DNA from: an uncultured candidate division Zixibacteria bacterium
GTDB taxonomy: Bacteria > Zixibacteria > MSB-5A5 > GN15 > PGXB01
Reading direction: 5' to 3'
NCBI GenBank assembly: GCA_963702205.1
Contig: OY969724.1
Span: forward strand, 3,584,001-3,648,000
DNA: 64,000 nt
The notes beneath the pieces were generated by a model. The model was not told the DNA's origin. It did not search any database and saw only the letters and a list, made by a program, of their open reading frames with translations. Positions 61,556-64,000 of the stretch are shown in pieces. The position numbers and the translations under genes were made by a program. The number at the start of each line of letters is the position of its first letter. Positions within the stretch are counted from its first letter, which is position 1.

Positions 61556-63889
61556 TTATTTCATTAAAATCATCTTCCGCGACGTGCAGTGAGACGCCGT
61601 TTTCAACCTGTACAAGTTACACACCGGATGATACGGCCGTCCCACCGTCGTCTGTGCCGTCCCATTCGTATCTATGAACGCCGGCTGACAATATATCATC
61701 CACCGCTGTTCTAACCTTTTGTCCCAATATATTAAATATCTCGAGATTCACATTCTGCCTGGAATCAAGCGTGAAAGAAATGCTGGTGGTAGCATTGAAA
61801 GGGTTGGGATAATTTTGGCAAAGGTGAATACTGGTAGGTACTATTGGTTCCGGGTCATACCCAGTTCCGTTTGTAACATCATCACTATATCTTGCGAGCC
61901 CATAAAAATCAGCAACCAATATTTCCTTACCAGTAACAACAATATCCCATGCATTGCCAAGCGTATTAATCGATTTTTCTAAGTATATATTATCAGTATC
62001 GGATACATTAATAATCGAAATGCCATCGGTTCTTCTGGCCAAATATACTTCATCTCCATAAACTTTGATATCGTCTGATTCCCCTGGGCCGGTGTATAGT
62101 CCGGCTAATGTTGGATTGGTCGGGTCAGATATATTTACGATTTCAAAGTCACCGTATCCGTCCAAAAGATATATATAATCGCCTTCAATTGCTAAATCAT
62201 TATAGAGGGAGGGACCGCCCGAATATGAATACTTTGTAACAAATTCGGGGGAAGCCGGATTTGATATATCCAATACAACTAATCCGGATCCGGCGATAAA
62301 AGCGTAATCGCCTGCGATGACCGATCTGAAAGCTAAGGAATCGAAAACATAAAATCCGATTTGGAGTGGATTTTTAGGATCAGAAATATCATAGATATAA
62401 TAATTAAAATAAGATACCACGAAGGCCAAGTTGTTTTTTATTGTTATGCCTGTCGTAGGTCCAGGCAAATTTATTTCCTTGTCAACGCTTATATTAGCTG
62501 GATCTCCAATATTAACTACTATAAAACCTTTATAAAAATCAGTGGCAAGCAGGTAATTATTATAGATCGCCATATCGCCAAGGGCATTGTATGGTAAAGC
62601 ACTATTAGAAATGCAATATATGCTATCGGACGACGATAGGTCTAAAATAGCAATCCCGCCAGGACTCGGGAAATCAGATATTCCTCCAAATGCAGCATAA
62701 GCCATGTTACCTTGAGTAGTAATCGAATTAACATAGCTTGAAAGAGAAAGGGCATACATGATATTCGGGAATTCCCTATCTGCCACATTTATAAATAATA
62801 AATCCCCCGGTTTTGAGGTTATGGGAGCCATTAAATTACCTGTTGCATGACTTATATTAGAACCACACATATAAAAGGGGCTTTCGTCCAGTATCCAATC
62901 AATTCCATCAAATAAAATGAGCATATCATTATTAATATCAAATGGACCACTCCTGCCTTGTGTATAGCAGCATCCGGTCAATACTGGACTATTTGGTTGA
63001 TTAATATCGAAGATTACCAAACCGGACATTCCGGCATTTATATAAATATATTTGCCATCAGTTTTAATATTTCTGTTAGCGCCCAGTACTTCATTCCGGT
63101 TTTCTATAGACAAAGAGTTGGGATCAGATTTATTGACTGTCAATAGCCATGAATGGACACCGGGCGTAAAGCAATCGCCATCGGCAACATAAACATAATC
63201 ACCCTGAACCGTTGCATCATAGGCACAATCCGGGGTTTCAATATGTCCGATCTCGGTCGGTTGATCAATGTCGGAAATGTCTATTAACCATAGACTATAG
63301 TAATTTGTCACATAGACTGTATCTTGAATTATGTGAAGGCTTGTAATACCGTAGTTAAAATCAAATATCCCGGCCGCAACAGGATTAAAGGGATCAGTGA
63401 TGTCCATTACCTGCATCTGACTTAGGTCGAGCAAAATCCAATTAGTAACGCATAGTTTATGGCCACCCACAGACATTTCATGGATTCTATAAGGGAGTTT
63501 TAACTTAGAAACGAATTTAGGCAGTTCGCTATACCTTATGTTGTAAATTAGAACCGAGCTGTCGCAGGCGATATACAGCAACGTATCTTCCAATTCGATT
63601 TTTCCAAATGGTAAGCTATCTGCAACTATCCTTCCGGCCACTTCAGGATTAGCGGGATCTGAAATATCCCATATTTTGACACCGTACGGCATGGAACAAT
63701 AGGCCAAATTGCCACGAATTTCTATGTCTTTGACTTCATTCCATAAGGCACTTCCGGTATATTCGAAGGAATCTTCGCGAATCCCGATTGGAACGTAATC
63801 TGGGCATAGACATGTTTTGGAATAATTATGATTATTGCCGAGAGACAATAAACCACGACCAGAATTATATATTTCGCCTTACGGGACAT
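61556..63889 (-). CDS. LVIVD-repeat protein with T9SS/FlgD-like C-terminal domain, two apparent frameshifts
   Basis: Many DISDP/NP repeats and QNYPNPFNATT...WDGTDDGG. The signal peptide MSRKAKYIILVVV...VYAQ starts at 63889 in another frame (shift near 63778). The tail YLYRLKTASHCTSRKMILMK* follows a +1 shift at about 61618. Confidence 0.82.
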
Positions 63890-64000
63890 TACCCCCACCT
63901 TTGTGTTTAATATAAAAATATAACCTGTATGCAGAAATTGTCAATGAAATTGGGACGTCTCAAGGACGCCTCTCCCCATTTATTCCTTGACACAATGTAC

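Overview
Bacterial chromosomal window (code 11, roughly 50% GC by eye, with AT-rich islets). It carries a PEP-CTERM gene, a T9SS-like C-terminal sorting domain, a cohesin-like protein and many TPR lipoproteins, which suggests an FCB-group organism, possibly Zixibacteria (inference, no search run). The first 6.5 kb (minus strand, cut by the window edge) is a compact phage-head module: portal, large terminase, prohead protease fused to degenerate ATP-dependent ligase, OB and LigD 3'-phosphoesterase-like domains, a small membrane protein, a scaffold-like protein, a decoration-like protein and the major capsid protein (missing from the ORF track). At its visible end there is no integrase, repressor, small terminase or replication gene. 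It abuts a host sigma54-type PEP-CTERM gene and contains an unannotated sigma54-type micro-ORF on the opposite strand. This is the best candidate for an undescribed domesticated, GTA-like capsid system. The rest is mostly housekeeping (pyrK-pyrD-pyrF, sirtuin, GH57, mlaD, rsgA, secA, nnr, lon, ychF, nfo, TrmH). Other loci: a peptidase cluster with an omptin, a duplicated pilV-pilW-pilW-pilX-pilX minor pilin locus, an M16 pair lacking HXXEH, a PlpD-like patatin-Omp85, and AT-rich islets (MNT-HEPN, Abi_C-like, LVIVD/T9SS) often bounded by REP-like hairpins. Six single-base frameshifts in five genes most likely reflect uncorrected assembly indels. All assignments come from motif recognition by eye.
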